This document shows, piece by piece, positions 19,401 through 20,446 of a DNA stretch of 20,446 bases; position 1 is the first letter of the stretch; the number at the start of each line of letters is the position of its first letter. The position numbers and the translations under genes were made by a program. Location of the stretch: contig VJWM01000396.1 in the NCBI GenBank assembly GCA_010909165.1, forward strand, positions 1-20,446, given 5' to 3'. The stretch is from Anthoceros angustus (Eukaryota > Plantae > Anthocerotophyta). The notes under the pieces are model-generated. The model ran no database searches, was not told the origin of the DNA, and worked only from the letters and a program-made list of their open reading frames with translations.

Positions 19401-20216
19401 TTAGGATTTGAACCCCAAAGGCGGTGTTGAGCTCACTGGTGTCCTTCATCTCGAATTTTGTGCTTAACATCACGACTTCCTAACAAGAGCTCGTGTGGCG
19501 AGGATTACGTCACGTATAAGGCCGGTCTGTGAAGTCAATAATTGATCTATACACATTCGGTCTGTGTCTGGATGAAGGAGATACTCGGAAAAACATGTGG
19601 TAATATACCATACCACTACTCTGCTTCAATCCATATACATTTGAGCAACTTGAGGACTTGGGTTGGGTTACGTGGGTCTTCATAACCTCCGCTGCATCAT
19701 GGGTCTTCATCTAGGTCACCATACAAGAAGGCGGTACACACATCCATCTGTTGTAAGTCCAGATCTAACTCGGCTGCAAGAGCAAGTAAGATGCGAATGG
19801 ACTGGGCTCGAACAACTGGGGAGAAAGTCTCCTGGTAGTCCAGCCCCTCTACCTGAGTAAAGCCTCTAGCTACGAGCCTAGCTTTATATCGTGCAATAGC
19901 TCCGTGTGCATCGAGTTTTAATTTAAAAACCCACTTGCAGGAGATGGCCTTGCGACCAGGAGGCAAATCGACAAGTTTCCAGGTCTTGTTTTTGAGCAAA
20001 GGCGGTACTCGTCCTCACTGCGAGTTGCCACTTGGAAACGCCAGGCCAGCCGAGCTTGTTTATAGGAGCTAGGTTCTTGACGGGAAGGATGTCAGATGGC
20101 GCAAAAAGCAGTAGGAGGATGTCACGAAATCAACAGGTGTAGCGTGGCTCACTCCTTTCATCTTTGGAGCAGGCTGTGCCGTGTAGAAACGTCTAAGGCA
20201 GGCGCGGATCGGATCC
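16223..20216. repeat. Direct tandem duplication 2 (16223-18174 repeated at 18175-~20216)
   Basis: At 18175 the IN-RT linker switches to GACCGTGAAGCTTCCTCAA, matching GACTGTGAATGCTTCCTCAA at 16223, and the 3' region, RNase H and RT are read again. Confidence 0.93.
16625..18174 (-). pseudogene. pol: Copia RT-RNase H, duplicate copy (heavily frameshifted)
   Basis: Colinear with 18610-20216: EPSSYKQA..QVAT/KWVFK, ARLVARG, MDV, STKFEMKD, RI..YLKGTHTYGL, PTPILCDN, TNTSRS(G)IIILE. Confidence 0.9.
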
Positions 20217-20446
20217 GCATGACAGTGTAAGACCACGAGCAGATACCTGCGGTCATGGTCGAATCGCCAACTCGTCAAGGTGTCTTGCATCACCGGCATC
20301 GATAAATCCGAGGACCATGTCCTCCTTTCATATAGTCCATGGTGTCGCATGATCGGGGAATGGGTCTGGGCTAATCGTATCTTTGGGCTGTTGTGCGAGG
20401 GGCAGTTGGAGGATTGGGGTCCTCGAGATCATCATCTGCTGGTTTT
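18610..20446 (-). CDS. pol: Copia pol polyprotein, C-terminal part: IN-RT linker, reverse transcriptase (RVT_2-type), RNase H; frameshifts probably from read error
   Basis: ORF 19697-19999: LKNKTWKLVDLPPGRKAISCKWVFKLKLDAHGAIARYKARLVARGFTQVEGLDYQETFSPVV...MDVCTAFLYGDLDE. Also EPSSYKQA (~20050-20075), VYGLKQS, a corrupted YVDD at ~19505-19517, MLSTKFEMKD, KRIFRYLKGT, and ANPVFH.RTKHIEI. Confidence 0.95.

Larger units (their letters stand above)
14149..20446 (-). mobile_element. Ty1/copia LTR retrotransposon, 3' half (IN-RT linker, RT, RNase H, 3' region, PPT, 3' LTR), internally duplicated; the 5' part lies beyond the window
   Basis: Copia RT and RNase H motifs on the minus strand; PPT GCTTGAGAGGGAG directly followed by TGTTGG...TTTTACA; a clean junction into unit A. 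Confidence 0.95.

Overview
Eukaryotic, plant-like, transposon-derived DNA. I found no host gene, rRNA, tRNA, CRISPR array or prokaryotic operon. Repeated copies differ mainly by 1-3 bp indels, so the sequence behaves like an unpolished long read or low-coverage consensus. Most ORF-track ORFs are therefore frameshifted fragments or spurious. Layout: (1) a ~3.4-kb non-coding unit 'A' at 1-3407, 8493-11912 and 11906-14148 (truncated), plus a fragment at 15211-15730; (2) a ~5.1-kb purine-rich, Ty3/gypsy-like segment at 3408-8490 with no detectable gag/pol, carrying one frameshifted ~750-codon accessory-type ORF, three clusters of a CCTACCATGGTAGG palindrome, a polypurine tract and a probable ~1.06-kb LTR; (3) a minus-strand Ty1/copia element inserted in the third A copy at 14149, with a ~165-bp LTR, PPT, RNase H and RT, running off the right edge, and a probable antisense ORF between pol and its 3' LTR; (4) direct jump-back duplications with junctions at ~11906 (3.4 kb), ~15211 (1.6-1.7 kb) and ~18175 (2.0 kb), which may be real tandem duplications or read/assembly artefacts. 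The best novelty candidates are the gag/pol-less element with a single accessory ORF and the antisense ORF in the copia. Both are inferences that need a polished sequence.
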